This document shows, one piece after another, positions 13,153-27,140 of a stretch of DNA of 64,000 nucleotides; within the stretch, counting starts at the first letter, position 1, and each line of letters starts with the position of its first letter. The position numbers were made by a program, and so were the translations under genes. The stretch lies in NCBI RefSeq assembly GCF_009914755.1, contig NC_060927.1. The stretch is one strand, 5' to 3'. This stretch comes from the human T2T-CHM13v2.0 reference genome, Homo sapiens. The notes under the pieces were generated by a model. It ran no database searches. It worked only from the letters and a program-made list of their open reading frames with translations, and had not been told where the DNA came from.

Positions 13153-13398
13153 TCTTTTAAAAAAATTATTCTTTAAGTTCTGGGATACATGTGCAGAACA
13201 TGCAGGTTTGTGACACAGGTATACATGTGCCATGGTGGTTAGCTGCGCCCATCCACCCACCATCTACATTAGGTATTTCTCCTAATGCTATCCCTCCCCT
13301 TGCCCCTCACCCCCTGACAGGCCCCTGTGTGTGATGTTCCCCTCCCTGTGCCCATATGTTCTCATTGTTTAGCTCCCACTTATGAGTGAGAACATGCG
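13153..13398 (-). mobile_element. 5'-truncated L1PA (PA7/PA8-like) 3' end
   Basis: L1PA 3'UTR (CTTTAAGTTCTGGGATACATGTGCAGAAC...CCACTTATGAGTGAGAACATGCG). 17-bp TSD AACATCTTGCATCTTTC / AACACCTTGCATCTTTC (13136-13152, 13399-13415). Confidence 0.9.
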
Positions 13399-13792
13399 AA
13401 CACCTTGCATCTTTCAATACTGTTTCTCTTGGCTTAAATATCTGTCCATGTACAAATTTTGTGTATTACAGACAGCTGTGATTTTTTTCACCTGCCACCA
13501 AAGCCAAAAGAAAGGTGTAAGAGGTTAAAATGAAGCCATTAATAGAAGTAACCCAATCCTAATAATTTGGTCCTTTCATAAATTAAACATGTGAGAGCTA
13601 AATACATTTTGAATATCTCTTAGAGGAATTATGGACAAAGTAAAAAGCAAAATAATCTGGAAGCAAAATCTAGAAAAAAGTACTTCATGTGGACCATAGA
13701 CTTCAGATAAGTGCTGACATTTTAAAGAAATTAATGTCCTATCATGCAAGTCCCACAGTATCCTATCATAGTGTGTGTATGTTGTCTGTTCC

Positions 13793-13984
13793 AATAGTTC
13801 TCAGACTTTGTTGTACATCATAACACATTTAGGGAGTAGGGCAAAGAATATTGTTAAAAATACTGGTTCTTGAAGCCTAGCCGAGATATACTGAATAAAA
13901 TTCTTTGTGGGTGGAACTCAAGCAAAAATATTTTTAAGAAGCTTCTCCAGTGATTCCAATGCTCACAAAGTTTGAGAAACATTG
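13793..13984. mobile_element. MER5-type hAT MITE
   Basis: Terminal inverted repeats ATAGTTCTCAGACTTTG / CAAAGTTTGAGAAACATTG and about 190 bp length. Confidence 0.65.
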
Positions 13985-16900
13985 ACTGTATACTTGACTT
14001 TCAGGGCTGAGAAATCCTGGAATAGATAAATGTTAAAGAAATTTCAATTAATTAATCTTTATAACATCTCTACTCCAACACTGGACTCTTATTCATATTA
14101 ACATCGTGTTGATTTTCTACTACTTAAATATTCCTTTGTAGAAAAGTATAGTGTTGGTCCCCTAAAATAAAAGTGTTTTCTCACATTCCTTCCTAGAAAA
14201 AAAAAGCATTTAAAATTATGATTCAAAGAGTCTAGTTCTGTCTGATATAGATAAATGTACAACTCTTTTTTTTTTTTAGTGTGTGATATTCCAATCAGAT
14301 ATGCCTTTGTCTTTCCTACCAGTTATAAAATCACAACCTATCTTGCTGATTTATTTTCTGGAATGTGGGTCTCTCTCTCTCTCTCTCTCTCTGTGTGTAC
14401 AAAGTTTTAAAATGTTTTATATTATATATATATAAAACATGTATGTATGTATATACATATGTATATATATTTTAAAATATTGGCAGCTAGACAATTAAAA
14501 AGCTTTTCCTATCATGTAGCCTTTTGGCTTTTTACATATCATCTGCTAAACCTCAATCAGCAAATGGACAAAAAAAATTGTATTAAAATCATTGGAGAAA
14601 TGCTGAAATATGTCATGTGCAATTGCTACAAAACATCTTTAATAGTTCTATTAATACTTGTCAATCACCAAGTGTCCTTGACATTCATGGATTTTAAATA
14701 TTATTTTCAGTTCCTTGTTGAAGTCTTTTTTCAATACCTTCAGTATCTTCTACATAACTGCACATTTTCCATACTAATATCAAAATTCCTTTCCATTTGA
14801 TTTGTCATCATATCCCTTCAAATGCTTAAGATGCCACTACAATTCACAAAATATTCAAATTCTAAATTTTCCTGTCAATCGTTGAATCAAAACACTCTCC
14901 TGAATGCTTTTTGGATAATTTTATTGTATGTTTATTTCTGCCAGGCAAACCATTTCAGAATGCCTAACAATAAATTACTACCTGTCTAAAGAAGTCATGC
15001 TGTTTGAAGAGTTTTCTAAGTCTAAGTCCTTAAAGCAAAATGTAACAGGTTCATTTAACATTTCTTCTGAAAGAAGAGAAACATATACACTGCAAAACTA
15101 AACTGTTTATGTGGTCTATGTCATATTAGTGTTTCAAGACATCTTAGAATGACTTTTCTGAAAGCAAAGGTAGTCATTTGAACACACAAATGGAACTTGG
15201 AATAGAAAAAGAATTAAACTTGAAGAAGAGAGAACACCGAGCTTCAAAATAACTCCTTTTGGAACATGCTTCCAAACACAATGTTAAGTGCATGCAATCA
15301 GTTACAGGTCATAGGTTAAAGAACTTGTGTAACTCACAAAAGTGTACAGTTTTCAACCTTATGGACTGTCATCACTGAAGGAGATGAAATAAAAACTCCA
15401 AGTTTGTTTTCAATTTCTGCCTAGTGTCAGGGAGAGTAACCTTGGCAGCAAACGCAGTCGCACAATTTCTATGCCCCAGTAGCCTCAGAAGGTGTTGAAA
15501 TTTAGGTTCTGTGATCAAGGCAATGCCTTTAATCCTGTACATGAAGTTGTCTAGACTCAATAAATTATCAGATACAAATCAGTAAATGGTAAGAAAGCTT
15601 AAATGACTTGACAGTCATGTGATCCTGTTTCTGCCTCAGCTCTCCTAGGTAAATGCACCCACAGCTCCATTCTAAGAAGTGCCCAGATAAAGAGATAAAA
15701 ATCCTTCTTTCATGTGTGTTCCTAATTCTTCAGGTCTAGCATTTTCCCTTGAACTACCAGAGATTTCCCATCCTGACAACAGTGGTCAGATACAGAGTAC
15801 ACATGACTTTCGCAAATGCATCATCATTTAACTACCCTGGTTCTTCATCAGGAATCTAAATGATTAAACAAAAGAAAATTACTGAAGCATATTAGATCAG
15901 TTAATACAACGGTGGAAAACAAATGACAAGAATACTTCTCGGAGGTCAGTAAAGTGAGAGATCAAACATGATTAATTTTTTCTTCTGCCAGGGCAGATTC
16001 TGTCTGCCAGGTTAACATTCCATAAGAAAGAGAAAAACATTGTCATGTTCAATTATAACTTGCCTTTGATAGTCTTCTTGGCATGGAAGAAAGCAAGCTG
16101 AAAGTGACAAATATATTTCGAGGAAGAAAATGTATTGTTTATGGTCTCTTTCCTGCTCCAAATCCTAGACAGAAAAAGAATATGGCTTTTGGGGAAGCTA
16201 TCACTTGTGTGCTATTGCCTCATTATACAAGTCAATAGCAGTGCACTTGTGAATAAAACAGATGCAGGCAGAGACTAGGAAAAGCCACCTGGGCCAGCTG
16301 GTATAGATTTTAGCAAACTGATTTTGCTGGGTTTCCACACAAAGTCCTAAAATAGATCCTTTAAAAGCCCATTTAAATGGCTCTCCTCCGGCAGAAGGGT
16401 CAAAACTTCTGGCATTTGATTTGCTGATCACTGTTTTTGGCTGAGCTCTAATAGGCCTTGAAGGAATACTACAGTCATTATTTATATTTCACCTGCAAGA
16501 GCTAAATAAATATTTACTAACCAAGAATGTTGATACATACTTTAGAAATACATTTACCTACGATTTTCCTGTCTACTTTCAATTTGGTGGGTCAGATTCC
16601 TGTCATAAGATTTTAATGAGCCTCCAGTCATCATGGAAAATGTTGTTTAGTCACAGAAAGGGAAAAGCTAGATTTAGCAATGTGCACTCTATGATGTCTC
16701 AAAAGAGCCATGGCTGAAGGTCCTTGGCTGTTTATAATATTCCCTTACACTGACATCAGGAGGGCGAGGGAGCTTCCTAACTTCAGTTTTTAAATTGTTT
16801 ACCCTCAGCTCTTCGGGTTAAATTATCTGTCGGCGAATGTCCCATCCCTTTGTTCTATTCATGGCACCTTTTATATCTAGTTGGAATCTCCACAGACATA

Positions 16901-17031
16901 TTTCCTCCCTTAGAATGTGCTTCTTTCTGAAAAGATTTCCTACATACCACAATAGTCTGGTCACTTTTGGGAACTCAGAGGTGACTGAATTAAAAATTCC
17001 TTTAAATAGTGTCCAAAAATGTAGAGCTTAC

Positions 17032-17932
17032 TGTGGCAGATTGTATTATCCAAGACAGCCACAAGATCTCCCATCCCACTGCTCTTCTAACAATGTGACG
17101 GATATGGTTTGGCTCTGTGTCCCTACCCAAATCTCATCTTGAACTGTACTTCCATAATTCCCACATGTTGTGGGAGGGGCCTGTTGGGGGATAATTTGAA
17201 TCATGGGGGCAGTTTCCCCCATACTGTTCTCCTGGTAGTAAATAAGTTTCATGAGATCTGATGGTTTTATCAGGGGTTTCCGCTTTTGCATCCCTCTCAT
17301 TTTTTCTCTTGCTGCCACCATGTTAGAAGTGCCTTTCACCTGCTGCCATAATTCTGAGGCCTCCCCAGCTATGTGGAACTGTTAAGTCCAATTAAACTTC
17401 TTTTTCTTCCCAGTCTCGGGTATGTCTTTATCAGCAGTGTGAAAATGGACTAATACAGTGACACAGACAGTCATCCCATAGAGATAAAGGCTGGAGTGAG
17501 AGGGGAGAGGTTCCCCTTGAAGGTGGGTGGCCTGTGACTATAGCAGAATTGAGTCTAGGTGCTTTCGAAGACTAGATCATAAAGTCTAGCTTACACCTGT
17601 TTCTCTTGGGAAGCTCGTCCTTGGAACACTGCCACCATGCTGTGAGAGGAAGCCAAGCAGTCTGTGGAGGCCCATGTAGACACGAACTGAGGCCCCTGGC
17701 CTACAGCCCAGCTTTGCTCCCAGCCAACAGCAAGCACTAACTTGCCAATTATGTGACTGTGCCATCTCGAAAGTGAAACCTGCAGTCAAAATTCTAGCCA
17801 CCTTAGCTGATGCTACATGGAGCACAGATAGTCTTTTCAACCAAATTGAAGAGTCATATGTTAAATAAATGATTGTCATGGTTTTAAGCTACTAAATTTT
17901 CAGGTGGATTGCTATGTAGCACTTAACCAAAA
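17032..17932 (+). mobile_element. MLT1 (MLT1G-like) MaLR LTR interrupted by THE1
   Basis: Starts TGTGGCAGATTGTATTATCCAAGACAGCC...CTCCCATCCCAC and ends GGTTTTAAGCTACTAAATTTTCAGGTGGATTGCTATGTAGCA. The sequence resumes after the nested THE1. Confidence 0.8.
17100..17457 (+). mobile_element. THE1 (THE1A-like) solo LTR nested in MLT1
   Basis: GATATGGTTTGGCTCTGTG...ATCAGGGGTTTCCGCTTTTGC...GGACTAATACA. 5-bp TSD GTGAC (17095-17099, 17458-17462). Confidence 0.92.
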
Positions 17933-18432
17933 ATTAATAAATTGATATTTTAACTGTGATGTATTTTCATATTTGTGCCTGTGCATGTCTGTCTGTCTGT
18001 GTGTGCACCTGTGTGCATTTTAAAGCAAAGTACTGAGAGGACTAAAAAGGGGAATGCATTACTTCTTCTTAATCACTGAATATAGCAGTTCTGAATCTAT
18101 TTTCTAAAATCAGCCCAATGCTGATCTCATCCAATCCCATTTAACTGATGAGTAATTCATAGTCAATCTCTTTGTGGGGTCCCCCCCAGTGTGCCACAGA
18201 GTTGTCTTCAATGCCAAAGACTGTAAAAGGTATCTTTGGATGAAATAAATTGTTGTTTCTATGAGTGGTACATCTAATTATATATATACTGGAATTATTT
18301 TCGTCACTGAATCATTTACTCATTCACTTAACAGACATTTGCTGAAATGTTATTATGTACTTATTGTGGTTGACACTATGCTAAGCACTGAGTATGAATA
18401 GGTGAGTTGGACTCCTTCACAACTAGGTATTA

Positions 18433-18736
<304 letters not shown>

Positions 18737-20888
18737 TGCCCTATGGTCATGAAATAACTGGGGTTCTGCTTACTAAGATAACTTATGTTTTACCACATAG
18801 GATCCCTTTAGGTTTGGTGATTCTACCATCTCTGAGCCATGTTCAGAATATTTAGTGACTCTGGGAGCCCCTACATTTAGGGTCAGACTTCTCATGTACT
18901 TCATGCAATCTTCCCCTTGGAGACCTTACAACCTCTCCTCACACAAATAAGTATTTAAAAAAAAAATCTTGCCCATATGATGTTAACAGATGAATATTTG
19001 TTGAGCTTACACTCTTTATGCTACTCTCCATTCTAAGTTTTTAAAATGTATTATTATCTCATTTAATTCTCACCAAAGCCCTGTAAGATAGGTATAATTA
19101 TTCCTACTTCTCAGACGAGCAAACTAAAGTATGGAAAAAGTAATTCTGTTTAAGGTAGTTATTAAGTGATAAAGCCAGGAATTAGACCCAGAAACTATCC
19201 GCAGATGCAGTCTCAAATACTAAGCTATACTGCTCTGTTGTCTTAAGGAAAAATAAATATTTGAAACTTTCCAACAAATGTATCACATTTAATTTTTATG
19301 TTTAATTTGACCAATGTAAAATGTAAAACCATAAGTCAAGAGATCATAATTTTCCACATTCTTAAAAATGCAAAATACTATGTGCTTATACATAAGGGTT
19401 TTTTTTTTTTTTGTAATTGTTCCTTTAGTTTTATCCATCATTCTTACAAAAATAAATTAGTTACAAGCAAGTGGTAAAAAAGAGGCAATCATCTAGGTCA
19501 CATACAGTGACAGGCAGCTAACCAAACAACATATTCCTAGAGGTCAGTATTGAATCTAAGTCTATGCCCTTGCACATCTCTCCTACACTCGTTCCTTCTT
19601 GAGCTTACTAACTTGGGCAATGTTATCTTCTTAGAGAAGATTGAGAATCTACAGTAGCTCCTTTTCACCTATAAAATCAAAGCCAAGTACAGAATTCAAG
19701 TATCAAATTCAACTGGCCCCTAACTTATTTCTCATTATTCCCATTACACATTTTTACGCTATTCCATGTCTCCAATATATGACAGAAATTGCTGCATCTG
19801 TACATAACGTTCTTCATCTACATCATTTGCTTTCATGTCCTTCAATATTGCCCACCCTATTTTCCTTTGGAAGGGACCTCTCCACCAAAAACACTTCATG
19901 GCCAGCACCCCACAGACCTTTCTCTTGTTCAGATAAAAGTCCTGGGCCCTCTCGTTATTCCAGCCTTTGTGAATGCCTTTAAACCATTTCTGGCTTTGTT
20001 CAGACCCTAACTTTCTAGCTCTCTCTTCTTCTGTTCCTGACCCATCTTTTGGACTGCCTACACTTAGGCATAATGACCTGTCCATAAGGGTTTCACAATT
20101 TCTATCAGCTTTATGTCCTGGATCTGGTTCACAATTGTGCTTTGGTTTGACCAGCCTCCAAAATGACTCTACCCAGTAAAGTGGTTTTAACCTCTTTGCA
20201 TGTGGGATTGGATAAATCTAGACCATATTCTTTTCCTTCAAGGTCCAGCTCGTAAGTCACCTATTCAGAGAAGCCATCCCATGTATTCTACCTTGCAATA
20301 ATCCTTCCTTTACAAGGCATCCCATCGGTTCTTACTTACTCACATTGTATAACATTCTCTTGAGCTCCTTTGGATACTTTTGCTGTTGTTCAGTGGTCAT
20401 TATATAAGTGCTTGTATTATTTTCTCTGAACACACAGAATATTATTTAACAGCACACACAGGTTCTTCTACTTTTTATTTATGCTTACTTTCCTTGACTT
20501 TGAGATAAAATAGCTTCAGTTTAGGCACAGATGTTCCATACATGCCTATCGAGTGGAACAAAATAAAATTTCAGATCATAAAACTTTAATGGTCCCTTAC
20601 ATAGTCAGTCTTGGTGTAAAATTCAACAGGTGGACAGAAGAAATGGAAAAGGGGAATATTAGAATATAGGAGAGCTTTTCCAATGAAAATTTCTTCAAAA
20701 TTCTAATATATCTGAGAGGTCTTTCTATCCTCATTTCATTAATAATCATTGCCATACTTAAGTGTTGCTATTGATAGAATAGCTCCTATCATTCAAGATG
20801 ATTGAAGCAGAAAAAATAACCACTACATTATGACAGCCATTGAATAAACTGTCTTTACAATTAATGCTTTTTAGAAAATAATAGTGAC

Positions 20889-21518
<630 letters not shown>

Positions 21519-24500
21519 TTAGGACCAGATGAGTGTCTGTGCAGCCCTACAAATCAAAGACAAAGGCCCAACTAATATCGATTTCACAGGTTGCAACAAT
21601 AAAGGGTTTTTGGCTTGTGTAATTCTGGGGTCAAAAATTTTTCTAGATACACACAAATTGGGAATAAACACATATTAAATCTATGTGCTTGCACATTATT
21701 CCCCCCAGATATAAATTTCCTTTCCTTTCAAATAAGAATTTACATGAGTAGCTTACACTCCTGTAGCATTTAGTGGAGTTAATGTTTTGTTTTACAGGAA
21801 TTCAATAGACATTATAATGGCAAAAGCTTTCTGCTATAAAATAGCCACTAGTCTCTTTCAGAGATATTATCTCATACAATCCTCAGAAAAACCACCTGAT
21901 AGGTTAATACTCTCCTTTTTTTAGATGAGGAAACCAGAGATAAATGAGTTTAAATAAATAGCCAAAGTTACAGAGTAGTAAATGGCAAAACTAGGAGCTA
22001 ATATATGTCTTTTAAGTCCAGACTTAGGTAGATATTTCACAAGTACTTATTATGTAATTACAAAATATTTAGAATTAGATACGTTATAAAATTAGATATA
22101 GACCTTTACTTCATAAATTTAACTTTAAAATGAGACTACATTTTAAATTAAAGTGAATGGTAGCTTTTAGAGAAGAGGTTAGGTGATTACTATTTTATTT
22201 TTTAATCTATTATTGTTTGTATATAAATTTTAGCCAGATATTATTTTTGAGCATCACTGTTCAAGAAGAAGTTTTGGTACTACATGCTGGTTGAAATGTG
22301 TGTGTGTTTTTAAAAACTTTTCAAGGATTTTAATTCTTTCTTCCAAATAAAAGGAGAAGTATAAAGAAATATTTCTCACAGCAGTTATTAAAAATCTCAG
22401 TTGCTGTTTCATCACTCTTCTGTGAATGGATCTATTGTGTCATCCACCAGAAGAGTTACCATCATAAGGACCCAATACTGAGTACTTTCACAAGCATTCT
22501 AGAATCAGAATGGTGATTACAACTAGAAAGTAAGTCAAGTTCATGTTAGAAATAATTTGTAATAGAATCACAGAATGTTGAATTCATTTAAAATTATGCA
22601 ATTTGTGTAAAGAACTTTGTCATCTGTTTTGAAGTTTATCTTTTTATGTAGAGTATTAAAACTCCTATTAAAATAGCCATCGTGGCCCTCTCACTAACTG
22701 CAGGACTAACTCTAAGGCGCAAAGTGTTGTGGGATGGGAGAACCAAGGATCAGAGTCAAAGCCCTTCTCTAGATGAGCACTGTGAACCGGGAGGGTGATA
22801 ACTATATCTGTGCCTGAGACAGTCTATCACGAAGGTTCCAGGCTGGGGGCAGTGCTGTAATTCTTTATAGCTGTCAGAAAATAGCTCAAGAAATCTACAC
22901 CAATCTGCTCTCCCACATACAACAGCTCTTGTCCTCGTGTCTTGAATCTGCAAAAATGAAGAATCAAATCCCTTGATCACACAGCCAAGTGGTTTGAGTC
23001 TTCCAGTTCTGTTGTTCTTTTCTTCTGTCTTGAAAAAGGCCTTGTCAAATCAGAATGAAAAGAATGTTTTGAAGCGTGAGAAAATTCAAATTTCCTATGT
23101 AAAGCCTGGAGTTCATTAGCCGGAGTATACGTACTTATTTCAAGGGTCACTGGGTTATGGTGAAGAGCCTGTCTTTCTGCTAGCCAAGTCTCAAACTCTT
23201 CACCTGAAAACAGTTTAGAAATGCCTTTAAGCCTATTAGCTTTCTATGGAGCCTAATTCGTCTTTGTTGTGCCTTGTCTTGTGACCGTGTCAAGTCAAGG
23301 ACCCTGCTTTGATTATGTGCTATCCTTTTTTTCTTAATCACTTTTCAGTTAAGTAATTGTCTCAGTTTAATTGGTTGTAATGATTAAAAGTTTATTTACA
23401 TTACACTGAAGTTTTCTTTAATCAATCACTTAGGTTCTAACTATGTTATTATTTACAGCTCAATAAAGAAATTTTACCCAAAGAAATAGTCTTTTTAATT
23501 GGACTTTTTTTATTAGACTATTTTTATTGTATATGTGCTAAAGCTAAAATCTAAATTTTGGCAAATAAGAGAAATTATTTATTCTTAATATTACAGTTAG
23601 ACTTGTAACAGGCATTTTATATTATAATACTGAGAGGTACAATGTAATAAGTATTGGCTTCAGAGACTAACAGACCTAGGTTTGGATTCTGCATCAGGAC
23701 TTGCCAGTCCTGGGACCTTTCTGAACTTAAACTATCGTACCAACCCTATGCAGATTGCCTGAAGATTACTGATGTGTGAATAAGTATAATATTTAATCTA
23801 ATGGTAGCTATTATTTGTTTTAGCTTTGTCACTAACCAGCTATGTCACTTTGAGAGAGCTATTCAATTTCTCTGTTCAGATTCCTCTGATAAATAAGAGG
23901 AAAGGACTAGATACTTTCTACTATTTCTGTCAAAATTCAGGTAATAAGTAAACCCTTTTTATTGGTTTATTTGGGGGGTATAATTTTACATTAGCCAGGG
24001 TTTTTTCATGTTAAAATTTTCCCAGGGAGTAGTAAAGGCATTAGTTGGAATTTGGACACTAATATGAGAATAAGTTGACAAAAACAAAATGGTCGTAGGA
24101 AATGTTTCGATATTGAATGTTGGGACAAGAACCCAGAGCAAAAAAATCACATTTACAAGACAAAACCACAAAACTAATAGTCCAATAATTTGGTTTAAAA
24201 ACTTGTATTATAATTCTTTATCAGACTAAACGAGTGATCTTAGAAAAATTGCTGGAAAATATTTATTGACCTGTTTAATCTTAGCTTAATCAACCTGTAG
24301 CAATAAGTACAGCAACATCTGATACCTACCTAGTTCTCTAGGTTCCCATGGGGATAAAAAAGAGAACTAAATACATTAAATATGATCACCTCTATACTGT
24401 CAATTATGTCTGTCTATAATACATGTGCAAAACTGTCTATCTGCTTTGCAGGGGAAACAATTTTTTTAAATGACTCATAAAGCTCTATCTCTCATCAATA

Positions 24501-24624
24501 GTAGCAAGTTTTATTTTTAAATTTGTTTTTACTTTGAAACAGCTATACTATTTTTCTAAGTATATTTTTCAAAAGCAGCTTTATTAAGTCATAAATCATG
24601 TTTAACAATTCAAACCATAAAGAT

Positions 24625-24789
24625 AGCAACACAAAATTTGAAACATAGAAATATGCACTTTCCCATTTACAAATTGCATCAGAGGAGATACAAACACCTT
24701 TTCTCTTGTTTGTGAGTAAACGGTCAAGACACAGAGCAGAAAAATTTCAAAACTAAGTGCTTATATAGATCTTTCCTTATTTGAAACCT
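24625..24789 (+). repeat. ~165-bp local direct duplication, copy 1
   Basis: Aligns by eye with 27141-27307 (shared CATTTACAAAT, GCATCAGAGGAGATA, GGTCAAGACACA, TTTCAAAACTAAGTGCTT, TAGATCTTTCCTTAT). Confidence 0.85.
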
Positions 24790-25233
24790 ATGTACCAAAT
24801 TTGTAGCAAATAACTTTTATGTGAAAATCAGTATTGTAGATGGGGCTGAAGATATGGCTAACTAGGCTCCCACTAATAGTTTTTCTATGATAGAAAAACT
24901 AACCTGAAACACTTATTATGATAAGTAATAACAATAATAAAGTATAATACCAACACGAATACCTGCATTCTGGTGAGCTTTTAATAACAGGCTCGATGAC
25001 TCAGGACTTTCATACATGATGCCTCACCTGGGAGTGTGCTTCTTGTATTAAATGGAGAAAATATGTATGTAAATATAGATATAGTTTGGATAATTTGAAA
25101 TTTTATGTAATAAAACCCATTTATCACGGTCAATTAGCTCAAGAAAACTCAATACTGTTTAAAATGAGAAATCAACCACTTTTTAGACAACTAAAAGTAT
25201 CAAAGCATGACTGACTTTAGAAAGGTGTCCTAT

Positions 25234-26144
25234 GGGAGGAGCCAAGATGGCCGAATAGGAACAGCTCCCGTCTGCAGCTCCCAGCGTGAGCGACGCAGAA
25301 GACGGTGATTTCTGCATTTCCATCTGAGGTACCGGGTTCATCTCTCTAGGGAGTGCCAGACAGTGGGCACAGGTCAGTGGGTGCGCGCACCGTGCGCGGG
25401 CCGAAGCAGGGCGAGGCATTGCCTCACTTGGGAAGCGCAAGGGGTCAGGGAGTTCCCTTTCCGAGTCAAAGAAAGGGGTGACAGACGGCACCTGGAAAAT
25501 AGGGTCACTCCCACCTGAATACTGCGCTTTTCCAACGGGCTTAAAAAACGGCGCACCACGAGATAATATCCCGCACCTGGGTTGGAGGGTCCTACGCCCA
25601 CGGAGTCTCGCTGATTGCTAGCACAGCAGTCTGAGATCAAACTGCAAGGCGGCAGCGAGGCTGGGGGAGGGGCGCCCGCCATTGCCCAGGCTTGCTTAGG
25701 TAAACAAAGCAGCAGGGAAGCTCGAACTGGGCGGAGCCCACCACAGCTCAAGGAGGCCTGCCTGCCTCTGTAGGCTCCACCTCTGGGGGCAGGGCACAGA
25801 CAAACAAAAAGACAGCAGGAACCTCTGCAGACTTAAATGTCCCTGTCTGACAGCTTTGAAGAGAGCAGTGGTTCTCCCAGCACGCAGCTGGAGATCTGAG
25901 AACGGGCAGACTGCCTCCTCAAGTGGGTCCCTGACCCCTGACCTCTGACCCCTGAGCAGCCTAACTGGGAGGCACCCCCCAGCAGGGGAACACTGACACC
26001 TCACACGGCAGGGTATTCCAACAGACCTGCAGCTGAGGGTCCTGTCTGTTAGAAGGAAAACTAACAAACAGAAAGGACATCCACACCAAAAACCCATCTG
26101 TACATCACCATCATCAAAGACCAAAAGTAGATAAAACCACAAAG
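25234..26144 (+). promoter_or_regulatory. L1 5'UTR sense/antisense promoter
   Basis: Intact YY1 site CAAGATGGCCG near the 5' end and many retained CpGs relative to the flanks. Promoter activity is established for this L1 region but is not shown here. Confidence 0.7.
25374..25682 (-). CDS. L1 ORF0-like antisense ORF, open (102 aa)
   Basis: MAGAPPPASLPPCSLISDCCASNQRDSVGVGPS... is the ORF0 N-terminus. ATG at 25682, no stop until 25374. Confidence 0.6.
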   Translation of the reverse strand: MAGAPPPASLPPCSLISDCCASNQRDSVGVGPSNPGAGYYLVVRRFLSPLEKRSIQVGVTLFSRCRLSPLSLTRKGNSLTPCASQVRQCLALLRPAHGARTH

Positions 26145-26965
26145 ATGGAGTAAAAACAGAACAGAAAAACTGGAAACTCTAAAAAGCAGAGTGCCTCTCC
26201 TCCTCCAAAGGAATACAGTTCCTCACCAGCAACGGAACAAAGCTGGATGGAGAATGACTTTGACGAGCTGAGAGAAGAAGGCTTCAGACGATCAAATTAC
26301 TCTGAGCTACGGGAGGACATTCAAACCAAAGGCAAAGACGTTGAAAACTTTGAAAAAAATTTAGAAGAATGTATAACTAGAATAACCAATATAGAGAAGT
26401 GCTTAAAGGAGCTGATGGAGCTGAAAACTAAGGCTCGAGAACTACGTGAAGAATGCAGAAGCCTCAGGAGCCGATGCGATCAACTGGAAGAAAGGGTATC
26501 AGCGATGGAAGATGAAATGAATGAAATGAAGCGAGAAGGGAAGTTTAGAGAAAAAAGAATAAAAAGAAATGAGCAAAGCCTCCAAGAAATATGGGACTAT
26601 GTGAAAAGACCAAATCTACGTCTGATTGGTGTACCTGAAAGTGATGGGGAGAATGGAACCAAGTTGGAAAACACTCTGCAGGATATTATCCAGGAGAACT
26701 TCCCCAATCTAGCAAGGCAGGCCAACGTTCAGATTCAGGAAATACAGAGAACGCCACAAAGATACTCCTCAAGAAGAGCAACTCCAAGACACATAATTGT
26801 CAGATTCACCAAAGTTGAAATGAAGGAAAAAAATGTTAAGGGCAGCCAGAAAGAAAGGTTGGGTTACCCTCAAAGGGAAGCCCATCAGACTAACAGCAGA
26901 TCTCTCGGCAGAAACCCTACAAGCCAGAAGAGAGTGGGGGCCAATATTCAACATTCTTAAAGAAA
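26145..26965 (+). pseudogene. L1 ORF1, disabled and truncated
   Basis: ATG GAG TAA at 26145-26153. An internal ATG ORF (26247-26960) carries the ORF1p coiled-coil/RRM sequence. +1 frameshift in the A-run near 26827. Confidence 0.9.
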
Positions 26966-27140
26966 GGTGTCCTATTTTACTCTAAGTACTATGACATTTT
27001 GCAAAATTGCTAATTCTAATTTGAAATCCTCACCAAACCATGAAATTTCTTCAAATGTGGTTGTAACCTGTTACCTCCAAAGCATCCTTGAGGATATTTG
27101 CCACCACTCTTGCAACTCATTCTATTCTCTTCCTAACTAC

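Larger units (their letters stand above)
25234..26965 (+). mobile_element. 5'-intact, 3'-truncated L1PA2/3-type LINE-1 (5'UTR plus most of ORF1, no ORF2, no poly(A))
   Basis: Begins GGGAGGAGCCAAGATGGCCGAATAGG and ends in ORF1 at CAACATTCTTAAAGAAA. Perfect 15-bp TSD AGAAAGGTGTCCTAT (25219-25233, 26961-26975). Confidence 0.95.

Noticed and set aside
14447-14800. 117-aa ORF
   Set aside because: Starts in a TA-rich low-complexity tract and has an AT-biased composition with no splice or homology support.
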